Shown: piece by piece, positions 44,818-54,560 of the stretch | How positions within the stretch are numbered: the stretch's first letter is position 1 | Layout: the number at the start of each line of letters is the position of its first letter | DNA from: an uncultured Pelagibacteraceae bacterium | GTDB lineage: Bacteria; Pseudomonadota; Alphaproteobacteria; Pelagibacterales; Pelagibacteraceae | Direction of reading: 5' to 3' | DNA length: 64,000 nucleotides | Assembly: GCA_902521615.1 (NCBI GenBank) | Contig: CABYSJ010000001.1 | Location: 124,732-188,731 of the forward strand | The notes under the pieces: generated by a model | Database searches by the model: none | What the model saw: the letters and a program-made list of their open reading frames with translations, nothing else | Told to the model about the DNA's origin: nothing | Program-made: the position numbers and the translations under genes

Positions 44818-44835
44818 AAAATTTTATATAAAAAA

Positions 44836-44863
44836 TTAGAGCGGACTATTAAGTCCGCTCTAA
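44836..44863 (-). terminator. Intrinsic terminator or stabilising hairpin between dctP and dctQ
   Basis: Perfect 12-bp stem ttagagcggact / agtccgctctaa with a 4-nt loop, followed by TTTTT on the minus strand. Confidence 0.85.
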
Positions 44864-44882
44864 CGTAAAAATTATTTAATGA

Positions 44883-45977
44883 TTACTTTAATGTTGCTGC
44901 GTGAGCCATTCCTAGCTTCGCATTAGACATTTGAGCACCACTCCAGAAAGGAACTGCGATATCAGCAAATTCTTTCATAGAGTCCCAAACTTCAGCAAAG
45001 AATGCATTTTTAGCTGCGTTTGTTTCCAAACTTTTCTTAGCAGCTGCCATGTATTCTGTGAAGTAATCAGAAGGTGTATCTTCTAATTTTACACCATGAA
45101 CTTCTGTAAGCTCTTTTAAAGCTTTTCCATTTTCATAGATTCTGTAACTTAGAGATTTCGCTAGAGATGCATTTGCTGCAACTTCTAAAGACTTCTTCTC
45201 ATGAGCGCTCATAGCTTCATATGTTTTTCCAGTAATATAAAAATCAGCATTTACGACTACTTGGTGTAAACCTTGTAGGTAGTAGTGCTTTAATACTTTT
45301 TGGAAACCAAACGTTAAGTCTGGTTTTGGACAACACCATTCAGCAGCATCAATAGTTCCTGCTTCTAAAGCTGGTAGAATATCTCCACCACCCATAGCAA
45401 CAGATGCTATACCGATATCTTTATATGTTTGTCCTGGAATTCCTGGAGGAGTTCTGAACTTATATTTTCTAAAGTCAGCCATATCTTTAATTGGTTTTGG
45501 AAACCAACCTAAAGCTTCAGGACCAACTGGTTGAATCATAAATCCTTTAATATCTCTTCCCATTTCTTTCCATAGTCTGTCGTATAGCTCTTTTCCTCCA
45601 CCATACTGAAACCATGATAAGAATGCGATGTTGTCAATACCAACACCACCACCTGCTACTGGCGAACCAAATAACATAGCGGCAGGGTGATCACCTGACC
45701 AATAGTGCGTCCAAGCAAATCCACAATCGATAAGTCCTTTATCAACTGCATCTAAAGTTTCTTTAACACCAACAACAGCTCCTGCAGGCATAATTTCAAA
45801 CTTAAGAGATCCACCTGTCAAAGTTGTAACAGTGTCAGTAAAGTCTTTTAACATTTTAACTTCATCAGCTTTAGTGTTAAGAACTGTCTGACATTTTAGT
45901 GTTTTTGCAGCATTAGCATTTGAAATAAATCCAAACACCATCGCAACTGCAAATAACATTGAAATGATTTTTTTCAT
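44883..45977 (-). CDS. TRAP substrate-binding protein (DctP; lactate / alpha-ketoacid-binding subfamily)
   Basis: Signal peptide, AWTHYWSG, KFRTPPG, LEAGTIDAAEW, GLHQ; strong SD AGAGAGGGA. Confidence 0.92.
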   Translation of the reverse strand: MKKIISMLFAVAMVFGFISNANAAKTLKCQTVLNTKADEVKMLKDFTDTVTTLTGGSLKFEIMPAGAVVGVKETLDAVDKGLIDCGFAWTHYWSGDHPAAMLFGSPVAGGGVGIDNIAFLSWFQYGGGKELYDRLWKEMGRDIKGFMIQPVGPEALGWFPKPIKDMADFRKYKFRTPPGIPGQTYKDIGIASVAMGGGDILPALEAGTIDAAEWCCPKPDLTFGFQKVLKHYYLQGLHQVVVNADFYITGKTYEAMSAHEKKSLEVAANASLAKSLSYRIYENGKALKELTEVHGVKLEDTPSDYFTEYMAAAKKSLETNAAKNAFFAEVWDSMKEFADIAVPFWSGAQMSNAKLGMAHAATLK

Positions 45978-46120
45978 TTGTTTCCCTCTCTTTATTTTTA
46001 AAAACGAAAGCTTGTCAAAGAATGAAATCTAAAACAAGTGTTAATATTGGATTATTTGGATATTTTTGTGTACAGAAATATTACAAATAAAAAAAATTTA
46101 ATTTATAAGAGTTCTAAGTA

Positions 46121-47716
46121 ATGGATAATTTTGATTATATTATAATTGGTGCTGGATCAGCTGGATGTGTTCTTGCTAACAGAATTTCATCTAATCCTAG
46201 GAATAAAGTCTTGCTTTTAGAGGCAGGTGGTAAAGATACTAATCCATGGATACATATTCCTGGAGGGTATTTTAAAACAATGCATAATCCTGAGACAGAT
46301 TGGTGTTTTAACACTGAGGAAGAGCCTTTCTGTGATAATAGAAAGATGACTTACCCAAGAGGAAAAACACTTGGAGGAAGTTCTTCTATTAATGGAATGC
46401 TTTATATTCGAGGACAATCAAATGATTATAATTATTGGAGACAATTAGGAAATGTAGGATGGTCATGGGATGATGTGCTTCCTTATTTTAAGAAATCTGA
46501 AGATTTCCAATTTGGAGAAAATGAATTTCACGGTTCTGGCGGACCTTTAAAGGTAGAAAAAATTAGATCTACATTCAAAGTTTTAGACTTGTTTTTAGAA
46601 GCTGCAGAGGAATTTGGATATAAAAAAACTGATGATTTTAATAACGGCAATAATGAGGGAATGGGATATTTCCCTTTAACAGTAAAAAATGGTTTTAGAT
46701 GTAGCACAGCAGTTGGCTATTTAAATCCAGTAAAAAGTAGAAGTAATTTAAAAATTATAACTAAAGCTCATATCAAAAATATTGAATTCGATAATAAAAT
46801 TGCCAAAAAAGTTAATTTTTGGACTGGTGACAAGTTAAATACTGTTGAAGCAAACAGTGAAATCATTTTAAGTGCTGGTACTATTGGATCTCCACATATT
46901 CTTCAAGCTTCAGGTTTGGGGCCAGCTAAATTATTAAAACATAACGGTATTGAAGTTTTAATGGATAATAAAAATATAGGCCAAAACTTAACTGACCATC
47001 TAATGTTAAGACCTGTATATAAGATAAAAAATTTAGAAACATTAAATGACATTTATTATAGCTTTACTAAAAAAATATTTACTGGATTAAAATTTTTTTT
47101 AACACGAACTGGTCCTCTTACTGTTGGTGCTAGTTATTTGTGCGGTTTCATAAAGAGTGATCCACATTTAGAAACTCCTAACTTACAATTTCATGTTTCT
47201 CCTGCTAGTACAGATTTCTTAGGAAAATCATCGTTACACAAATTTCCTGCTTTCACACCAACCATTACTAATGTAAGACCTACTAGCAGAGGATCTATTG
47301 AACTTAAATCTTCCGATACAAGAATTCCTCCAAAGATTAAAATGAATTATCTATCTACAGATGAAGATAGAGAAATAGCAGGTAAGTCTCTTAAAATAGT
47401 AAGAAAAATAGTTATGGAGTCCAATGCCTATAAAGATTATGGACCTGAAGAATTGAGGCCAGGTATAAATATTACTGACAATGAGCAGTTAGCTGTTGAA
47501 GCGGGAAAATATGCTAATACAATTTTCCATCCTGTCAGTACTTGCAGAATGGGCAAAGATGAAAATGCAGTAGTGTCTGATCAGTTAAAGGTTCATGGAG
47601 TCAAAAACTTAAGAGTGATTGATGCATCAGTAATGCCTTATATCACCTCAGGAAATACTAATGCTCCAACAATAATGATTGCGGAAAAAGGTGCAGACAT
47701 GATACTACAGCAGTAA
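46121..47716 (+). CDS. GMC family FAD oxidoreductase (IseJ/BetA-like)
   Basis: GAGSAGC, RGKTLGGSSSING, IFHPVSTCRMG, SGNTNAPTIMIAEKG. Confidence 0.92.
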   Translation: MDNFDYIIIGAGSAGCVLANRISSNPRNKVLLLEAGGKDTNPWIHIPGGYFKTMHNPETDWCFNTEEEPFCDNRKMTYPRGKTLGGSSSINGMLYIRGQSNDYNYWRQLGNVGWSWDDVLPYFKKSEDFQFGENEFHGSGGPLKVEKIRSTFKVLDLFLEAAEEFGYKKTDDFNNGNNEGMGYFPLTVKNGFRCSTAVGYLNPVKSRSNLKIITKAHIKNIEFDNKIAKKVNFWTGDKLNTVEANSEIILSAGTIGSPHILQASGLGPAKLLKHNGIEVLMDNKNIGQNLTDHLMLRPVYKIKNLETLNDIYYSFTKKIFTGLKFFLTRTGPLTVGASYLCGFIKSDPHLETPNLQFHVSPASTDFLGKSSLHKFPAFTPTITNVRPTSRGSIELKSSDTRIPPKIKMNYLSTDEDREIAGKSLKIVRKIVMESNAYKDYGPEELRPGINITDNEQLAVEAGKYANTIFHPVSTCRMGKDENAVVSDQLKVHGVKNLRVIDASVMPYITSGNTNAPTIMIAEKGADMILQQ

Positions 47717-48309
47717 TGTTTGCAGAATTTTTTACACCTGAACAAATAGCAATAGTAACTCAAATTATTCTTATTGATTTAGTTTTAGCGGGTGACAATG
47801 CAATTATAATTGGAATGGTTGCATCTAAATTTCCAGTCGAACAAAGAAAAAAAGTAATTTTTTGGGGTATCGGTGGTGCTGTAATTTTAAGAATAATACT
47901 GACCCTACTTACAGCTTATCTGCTACAAATCACGGGTTTAAGATTAATTGGGGGATTATTATTACTTTATATTGTTTACAAGCTTTATGTAGATGTGATC
48001 AAAGGTTCAGAAACAGAAGAGGATGTAAAAGTAGACAATTCAAGTTTTCTTAAAGCAATTTGGACTGTTTTACTGGCTGATTTTACAATGAGTTTAGATA
48101 ATGTTTTGGGTGTAGCCGGTGCAGCTGGTGATCACTATGGACTTCTTGTTTTTGGGTTAGTTTTATCAATTATTTTAATGGCAACTGCAGCAACTCTAAT
48201 TTCTGAATGGATTAAAAAATATAGATGGATAGCTTGGCTTGGATTATTAGCTATTTTAATTGTAGCTGTTGAGTTGATTTACACAGATATTAAAATATTA
48301 TTCTTTTAA
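47716..48309 (+). CDS. TerC/YjbE family membrane protein
   Basis: DLVLAGDNAIII, ADFTMSLDNVLGVAGAA; coupled to the GMC stop (TAATG). Confidence 0.9.
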   Translation: MFAEFFTPEQIAIVTQIILIDLVLAGDNAIIIGMVASKFPVEQRKKVIFWGIGGAVILRIILTLLTAYLLQITGLRLIGGLLLLYIVYKLYVDVIKGSETEEDVKVDNSSFLKAIWTVLLADFTMSLDNVLGVAGAAGDHYGLLVFGLVLSIILMATAATLISEWIKKYRWIAWLGLLAILIVAVELIYTDIKILFF

Positions 48310-49067
48310 TGTATCTTCAAAAAATAAATCTAAAAAACAAATATGCTTTAGTTACAGGTGCAGGTAAAGGACTAGGAAGAGCATGTTCAATTGCATTAGC
48401 TGAGGCAGGTGCAACGGTTATAGCTTTAAGCAGAACATCTTCAGACCTAAATAAATTAGAAAAGGATATCAGAAAAGTTAAAGGTAAAATTATAAAGGTT
48501 TTATGTGATGTAATGAACTATGAGGATTTAAAACAAAAATTAGATAAAATTAAAATTATTGATGTTTTGGTAAATAATGCTGGAACTAATATTCCAGAGC
48601 CCTTTGAAAAAATTAAACAAAAAAATATGAATTACCTTGTAGATTTAAATCTTAAAGCAGCATTTAACGTGGCTCAACTTGTAGTAAAAAAGATGCTTAA
48701 AAATAAACAAAGACCTGGTTCAATTATAAATATGTCATCACAGCTCGGTCATGTTGGTATGGGTGGAAGAAATGTATACAATATGACTAAATTTGGAATT
48801 GAGGGATTGACTAAAGGTATGGGTGTTGAATTAGCTAAAAAAAATATCAGAGTTAACACCGTAGCACCTACCTTTGTTGAAACACCAATGGTTAAAAAAT
48901 TTTTTAAAAACAAAAAATTTAAAAAATTAGCCCTTGGGAATATTCCTATGGGTAAAGCAGCTACTGAAAGCGATGTTGCTACAACTGTTTGTTTTTTAGC
49001 ATCATCAGCATCTTCAATGATAACTGGAACATCAATAATTATAGATGGTGGATGGACAGCTCAATAA
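48309..49067 (+). CDS. SDR oxidoreductase, HpsO-like
   Basis: TGAGKGLG, NNAGTNIPEPF, SSQLGHVG, YNMTK, VAPTFVETP, DGGWTAQ; these match the HpsO subfamily as I recall it. Confidence 0.8.
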   Translation: MYLQKINLKNKYALVTGAGKGLGRACSIALAEAGATVIALSRTSSDLNKLEKDIRKVKGKIIKVLCDVMNYEDLKQKLDKIKIIDVLVNNAGTNIPEPFEKIKQKNMNYLVDLNLKAAFNVAQLVVKKMLKNKQRPGSIINMSSQLGHVGMGGRNVYNMTKFGIEGLTKGMGVELAKKNIRVNTVAPTFVETPMVKKFFKNKKFKKLALGNIPMGKAATESDVATTVCFLASSASSMITGTSIIIDGGWTAQ

Positions 49068-49852
49068 TTTATAGATTTTTTTTTGTTTTTTTAATTTTTA
49101 TATCACCAGCAAAAGCTATTGAATTTCAAGGTAAATTTCTACAAGGTCATTTTATATTAGGTAAAACTGACCCAAATGCTAAAATTTTGGTTGGAAAAAA
49201 AGAGGTCAAAGTTTCAAAAGACGGTTTTTTTGTATTTGGTATAGACAGAGATCAAAAATATGACCTAACATTTACAAAAATTATTAATGGGAAAAAATCA
49301 ATAACTACAAAAAAAGTTTTGAAGAGGAAATATAATATACAAAGAATAGATGGTTTGGCAGAAAGTAAAGTTACCCCACCTGAGTCTGTTTATAAAAGAA
49401 TTAAAAAAGAAAATAATGCAATTGGAGAAGCAAGAGCAATTAATTCCGATTTACAATTTTTTAAGGAAAAATTTATTATGCCAGTTAAAGGTATAATCAG
49501 TGGTGTTTATGGTAGTCAAAGAATTTTAAATGGTAAACCAAGATGGCCTCACTACGGAATAGATATTGCAGCTAAACAAGGAACGATGATTAAATCTTCT
49601 GGTTCGGGTGTAGTTACTATGGCTGAGGATGATTTATATTATACTGGTGGTACAGTTATAATGGATCATGGTCATGGGATATCAACCATATATTCCCATT
49701 TAGAAAATGTTTTGGTTTCTGTTGGTGATCAAATAAATCAAGGAGACATAATAGGAACTGTAGGATCAACAGGAAGATCAACAGGACCACATTTAGATTT
49801 TAGAGTGAATTGGTTTCAAACAAGACTTGATCCCATGTCTATCTTAAACTAA
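49052..49852 (+). CDS. M23 family metallopeptidase (start moved to MDSSII at 49052)
   Basis: Signal peptide, HYGIDIA, YSHL, GSTGRSTGPHLDF. Confidence 0.88.
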   Translation: MDSSIIYRFFFVFLIFISPAKAIEFQGKFLQGHFILGKTDPNAKILVGKKEVKVSKDGFFVFGIDRDQKYDLTFTKIINGKKSITTKKVLKRKYNIQRIDGLAESKVTPPESVYKRIKKENNAIGEARAINSDLQFFKEKFIMPVKGIISGVYGSQRILNGKPRWPHYGIDIAAKQGTMIKSSGSGVVTMAEDDLYYTGGTVIMDHGHGISTIYSHLENVLVSVGDQINQGDIIGTVGSTGRSTGPHLDFRVNWFQTRLDPMSILN

Positions 49853-51153
49853 ATCTCAGATTTTGCTCTGAAACGTTCATAAATCAACCTAGCTCTAACT
49901 CCTAAACTTAAAATTGGATCAGGAGGAAGCCAAGTGGGTTTATTTCTTGCTTCAATAGTTTCTATCTCTTTTGTATTTTCATTACTTGCTTTAACCGCAA
50001 TTTGCTCTCCAAACAAAGTACCAACTCCAATACCAGAGCCATTATAACAACCTGCAACAAATACATTATCATCTATTTTTTCAAAAATTTGAGAACTATT
50101 TCTTGTTCTTGAAACAATACCTGACCAAGAAGATTGGATAATATCATCTGGTAATTCTGGAAATCTTTTTTTAATTCCAATCTTTTGTTTTAATGATCTT
50201 TTGGTTAATTCAGATTTGGACATTTGATAAGGATTAAAAACCTCTGCAGTATTTCTAATTAAAATTCTTTTATCTTTAGTCATCCTGATAGTGGCCCCCA
50301 TTGGTCTAACAGGTAATACCCCCCACTCTTTTGGTTCACCAATAGATACAAACTCTTCTTTTGTTAAAGATCTAGTCATGCTAGCTGTTAAAGTAATTGG
50401 AAAATTATAATTTGATTTTAGTCCTAAAGACTTCAGAAACCCATTTGTAGCAAAAATAATCTTTTTAGTTTTAATTGAACCATTTTTAAATTTACAAATG
50501 ACTGTATCATTTTTTTTTTTCCAATCTAATAACAAAGAATTTTCATAAAGATTTATGTTATCTGGTAATGTATCAATCATAGCTCTAACCAATTTACCTG
50601 GATGTAATAAAATCCCTCCCTTTGTATGAAGAGCAATATTGTAAAAATTGGTACCTAATCTTTTTTTAAGTTCTTTATTTGATAACAAATTGTGTTCAAA
50701 ACCTAGTTTTGACAAGGTTTCTGAAAAATTTTCTAATATTTTTTTATCTTCTTTCTTTGATGATGCAAAATATTTTCCGCATTCATTCCAATCACAATCT
50801 ACCTGATATTCTTTAATAAATTTTTTAATTACATCTATTCCCAATTTATAGATATCTGCTTTTTTTTTATAATTATCTAATTCTTTATTAGAGGTAAAAC
50901 CATCATTAAGTGTTGTATCCACTAAGTATCCTGAGTTTCTTGAGCTAGCACCCTCTCCTGCTAGCTGAGCATCAACTAATACTATTTTTTGACCAGGATA
51001 AAGTTGACCTAATTTTCTTGCTGCAGATAAACCTGTATAACCTGCTCCTATAATTAACCATTCACAATCTATATCAGATGAAAGTGTTAGAATGTTATTT
51101 CTTGGACTTAAATCATTAACCCAACTACAGCTATTATCGTTTACAACTTCCAT
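49849..51153 (-). CDS. DAO-family FAD-dependent oxidoreductase (PuuB/TauY-like)
   Basis: IIGAGYTGLSAA, GEGASSRNSG, QSSWSG, GCYNGSGI. Confidence 0.85.
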   Translation of the reverse strand: MEVVNDNSCSWVNDLSPRNNILTLSSDIDCEWLIIGAGYTGLSAARKLGQLYPGQKIVLVDAQLAGEGASSRNSGYLVDTTLNDGFTSNKELDNYKKKADIYKLGIDVIKKFIKEYQVDCDWNECGKYFASSKKEDKKILENFSETLSKLGFEHNLLSNKELKKRLGTNFYNIALHTKGGILLHPGKLVRAMIDTLPDNINLYENSLLLDWKKKNDTVICKFKNGSIKTKKIIFATNGFLKSLGLKSNYNFPITLTASMTRSLTKEEFVSIGEPKEWGVLPVRPMGATIRMTKDKRILIRNTAEVFNPYQMSKSELTKRSLKQKIGIKKRFPELPDDIIQSSWSGIVSRTRNSSQIFEKIDDNVFVAGCYNGSGIGVGTLFGEQIAVKASNENTKEIETIEARNKPTWLPPDPILSLGVRARLIYERFRAKSEI

Positions 51154-51192
51154 GAAAGAAGATTACGATAATTGGTTGTTATTTTAAAGATT

Positions 51193-52977
51193 TTAAGAAT
51201 TTAAAGAAGGCTGCTTCTTCATATCCTCTTTTTTAATACCAGCTACTCTTACTGGTTTTTTCATAGCATCTCTTCTAAACGGTTCCCCAAGCTCTTGGTT
51301 AAGAATTACCTCAATAAATGTTGTAATTCCTTTCTTCTGATCCTCACAAGATTGTTTGATTGCATTTGTGGTTTCTTCCATTGTTCTAACAGTTACACCT
51401 TTTAAACCACATGCGTCAGCAACTTTAGCATAACTTAATTCTGGGTCTAACTCTGTACCAACAAAGTTATTATCAAACCAAAGTGTTGTATTTCTTTTTT
51501 CTGCTCCCCATTGATAATTTCTGAAAATAACCATTGTTATTGCGGGCCACTCTTCTCTTGCACATGAGCTCATTTCATTCATACTTATTCCAAAAGCACC
51601 ATCGCCAGCAAATCCGATAACAGGAGTATTCGGACAACCAATTTTTGCTCCCAATATTGATGGAAAACCATAACCACAAGGACCAAATAAACCTGGTGCT
51701 AAATATTTTCTTGGCTTTTCGAATGTAGGGTAAGCATTACCTATTGCACAATTGTTTCCGATATCACTTGATATAATTACATCGTCAGGCATTCCTGCTT
51801 GAATTGCTCTCCAAGCTTGTCTTGGTGACATTCTATCTGCATCTCTTTCTCTTGCTTCTTTGTTCCAGACTGTTCCCTCATCATCATCTTCATGATCTAA
51901 ACTTGAAAGTTTTTGTAACCAAGCTGACTTAGTTTGATGAATTAAGTCTTTTCTAGCTTGTCTGTCAGTGTCACCAGCATTTGAAGATAATTTTTCAAAA
52001 ATTTGTTCGGCAACTAATTTTGCATCACCACTTATTCCTACAGTAACTTTTTTAGTCAAACCTATTCTATCAGGATTAATATCAACTTGAATAATGTTTG
52101 CATTCTTTGGCCAATAATCAATTCCATAACCAGGTAAAGTAGAAAATGGATTTAATCTAGTTCCCAATGCTAACACTACGTCAGCTTTTGAAATTAATTC
52201 CATTGCAGCTTTTGATCCATTATATCCTAGAGGACCAACAGCTAAAGGATGGCTTCCTGGAAAACTGTCATTATGTTGGTAACCCGAACAAACAGGTGAA
52301 TCTAATTTTTCTGCAAGTTTTTTTGTAGCTTCTATAGCTCCTCCAATAACAACACCTGCTCCTGATAATATTACTGGAAATTTTGCTTTAGATAGCAAGT
52401 CAGCTGCTTTAGCTACAGCATCATTCCCTCCTCCTTGTCTTTCAAGTCTTACAATTGGAGGAAGATCGATGTCAATTACTTGACACCAATAATCTCTTGG
52501 AACATTAATTTGTGCTGGCGCCGATCCTCTTATAGCCTTTTCTATAACTCTATTTAGTACTTCAGCCATTCTTGATGGGTCTCTTACTTCTTCTTGATAA
52601 CAAACCATGTCTTTGAATAAATTCATTTGCTCTACTTCTTGAAATCCACCTTGCCCCATTGTTTTGTTCGCTGCTTGCGGTGTAACTAATAAAAGAGGAG
52701 TATGATTCCAATAAGCTGTTTTGATTGGTGTAACTAATCCAGTAATTCCAGGTCCGTTCTGAGCAATAACCATTGACATTTTACCAGTAGCTCTTGTGTA
52801 ACCATCAGCAATTAAACCACCATTTGTTTCATGAGCGACATCCCAGAAAGTAATACCTGCATCTGGAAAAATATCTGAAATTGGCATAAAGGCTGAACCG
52901 ATAATTCCAAACGCATGTTCAATACCGTGCATTTGTAAAACTTTTACAAAAGCTTCTTCTGTTGTCATTTTTGTCAT
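51193..52977 (-). CDS. xsc: Sulfoacetaldehyde acetyltransferase (ThDP)
   Basis: MTTEEAFVKVLQMHGIEHAFGIIGSA, AQNGPGIT, GDGAFGISMNE, WGAEKRNTTLW. Confidence 0.95.
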   Translation of the reverse strand: MTKMTTEEAFVKVLQMHGIEHAFGIIGSAFMPISDIFPDAGITFWDVAHETNGGLIADGYTRATGKMSMVIAQNGPGITGLVTPIKTAYWNHTPLLLVTPQAANKTMGQGGFQEVEQMNLFKDMVCYQEEVRDPSRMAEVLNRVIEKAIRGSAPAQINVPRDYWCQVIDIDLPPIVRLERQGGGNDAVAKAADLLSKAKFPVILSGAGVVIGGAIEATKKLAEKLDSPVCSGYQHNDSFPGSHPLAVGPLGYNGSKAAMELISKADVVLALGTRLNPFSTLPGYGIDYWPKNANIIQVDINPDRIGLTKKVTVGISGDAKLVAEQIFEKLSSNAGDTDRQARKDLIHQTKSAWLQKLSSLDHEDDDEGTVWNKEARERDADRMSPRQAWRAIQAGMPDDVIISSDIGNNCAIGNAYPTFEKPRKYLAPGLFGPCGYGFPSILGAKIGCPNTPVIGFAGDGAFGISMNEMSSCAREEWPAITMVIFRNYQWGAEKRNTTLWFDNNFVGTELDPELSYAKVADACGLKGVTVRTMEETTNAIKQSCEDQKKGITTFIEVILNQELGEPFRRDAMKKPVRVAGIKKEDMKKQPSLNS

Positions 52978-53088
52978 AAAACTAGAACCTCTCTAAAGTG
53001 TAATTATACTATTTATAAAATTCGTTTGTTAATTTGTGCGATTAATATATAAGTTTTTACGAATTTCAAACAAACAAATCGACACGAT

Positions 53089-53373
53089 ATGGCAACAGAT
53101 ATAATCATACATGATAAAAAAGACAACGTAGGAGTAGTTGTTATTGAAAAAATCACTCCTAAACAAGACTGTGCTTGCTGGATAATGGAAGACGACAGTT
53201 CAACTAATATTCAATCCGTAGATGAAATACCTTTAGGTCATAAAATTGCAATGGTTGACCTTAAAGAGGGAGATACTATTTTAAAGTATGGTCACGATAT
53301 TGGTAAAGTTGTTAAATCAATCAAAAAAGGTGAGCATGTCCATGTTCACAATGTAAAAACAAAGAAGTGGTAA
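53089..53373 (+). CDS. suyA: (2R)-sulfolactate sulfo-lyase alpha subunit (SAF domain)
   Basis: [38 protein letters not shown]; precedes suyB. Confidence 0.88.
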   Translation: MATDIIIHDKKDNVGVVVIEKITPKQDCACWIMEDDSSTNIQSVDEIPLGHKIAMVDLKEGDTILKYGHDIGKVVKSIKKGEHVHVHNVKTKKW

Positions 53374-53377
53374 TAGT

Positions 53378-54544
53378 ATGGAAATTCCAAAAAGCTTTTT
53401 AGGTTATAAAAGAGAAAACGGCAGAGCCGGAACAAGAAATCATGTAATTATTTTGCCAGTTGATGACATTTCAAACGCATGTGCAGAGGCAGTTGCAAAT
53501 AACATTAAAGGCACAATTGCTCTTCCTCATTCTTACGGAAGACTTCAGTTTGGTGCAGATTTAGAGCTTCATTTTAGAACAATGATAGGGACTGGATGTA
53601 ATCCAAACGTTGCAGCAGTAATTGTTATTGGTATTGAACCGAAATGGACAAAGAAAATTGTAGATGGAATTGCTAAAACTGGAAAACCTGTTGAAGGATT
53701 TCATATTGAGCGTACAGGTGACATTGGTACGACAATGAAAGCATCAAAAAAAGCACAAGAATTTGTGATGTGGGCTTCAGAAAAACAAAGAGAGGAATGT
53801 CCTTTAAGTGATTTATGGATCTCAGTTAAGTGTGGAGAATCAGATACTACTTCAGGATTAGCTGCAAACCCAACTGTTGGAAACTTAATGGACAAACTTG
53901 AGCCATTAGGTGTTCACTTATGTTTTGGTGAAACATCTGAATTAACTGGTGCAGAACAAGTTTGTGCAACTAGAGGGGCTACTAAAGAAGCTTCTGAAAA
54001 ATTTATGAAAACTTGGAGCTCTTATAATGATTTTATTTTAAAAGAAGCAACGGATGATCTTTCTGAAAGTCAACCAACAGCTGGAAATATAGCTGGAGGA
54101 CTTACAACAATTGAAGAAAAAGCTTTTGGTAATTTTCAAAAAATTGGAAATTGTAAATTTATTGATGTTCTTGAGCCAGCTGAAGAACCAACTAAAGGAA
54201 AAGGTTTATATTTTATGGACACATCATCTGCTGCTGCAGAATGTGTGACGCTTCAAGCTGCTGCTGGTTTTAATATTCATTTATTTCCAACTGGACAAGG
54301 TAATATCGTTGGAAATCCAATTGAACCTGTTGTTAAATTAACAGCTAATCCATTAACTGTAAAAGGTATGGGAGAGCATATTGATTGTGATGTTTCAAAA
54401 ATTCTTTCAAGAGAAATGAATTTATCTGAAGCAGGTGATGAATTAATTAAAACGACACTTAGAGTAGCAAACGGTAGATTAACTTGTGCTGAAGCTTTGG
54501 GTCATAAAGAATTTGTTATGACTAAACTTTACAGAAGTGCTTAA
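53378..54544 (+). CDS. suyB: (2R)-sulfolactate sulfo-lyase beta subunit
   Basis: [46 protein letters not shown], terminal TKLYRSA. Confidence 0.9.
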   Translation: MEIPKSFLGYKRENGRAGTRNHVIILPVDDISNACAEAVANNIKGTIALPHSYGRLQFGADLELHFRTMIGTGCNPNVAAVIVIGIEPKWTKKIVDGIAKTGKPVEGFHIERTGDIGTTMKASKKAQEFVMWASEKQREECPLSDLWISVKCGESDTTSGLAANPTVGNLMDKLEPLGVHLCFGETSELTGAEQVCATRGATKEASEKFMKTWSSYNDFILKEATDDLSESQPTAGNIAGGLTTIEEKAFGNFQKIGNCKFIDVLEPAEEPTKGKGLYFMDTSSAAAECVTLQAAAGFNIHLFPTGQGNIVGNPIEPVVKLTANPLTVKGMGEHIDCDVSKILSREMNLSEAGDELIKTTLRVANGRLTCAEALGHKEFVMTKLYRSA

Positions 54545-54560
54545 TTAACTTTAGTCTTTC

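Noticed and set aside
46047-46061. ttggat direct repeat in the dctP/GMC divergent spacer
   Set aside because: Only 6 bp with 9-nt spacing; not distinguishable from chance.
46121-47716. Calling the GMC gene betA
   Set aside because: Only family-level motifs are seen; there is no betB or betaine context, and the sulfonate context favours another substrate.
50510-50520. T11 run here and T10 at 37791-37800 as phase-variation sites
   Set aside because: In frame, encoding Lys runs, and expected at this AT content.
51193-54544. Acetolactate synthase (for xsc) and altronate dehydratase UxaA (for suyAB)
   Set aside because: Xsc-specific N-terminus; the split SAF + catalytic subunits ending TKLYRSA match SuyAB.
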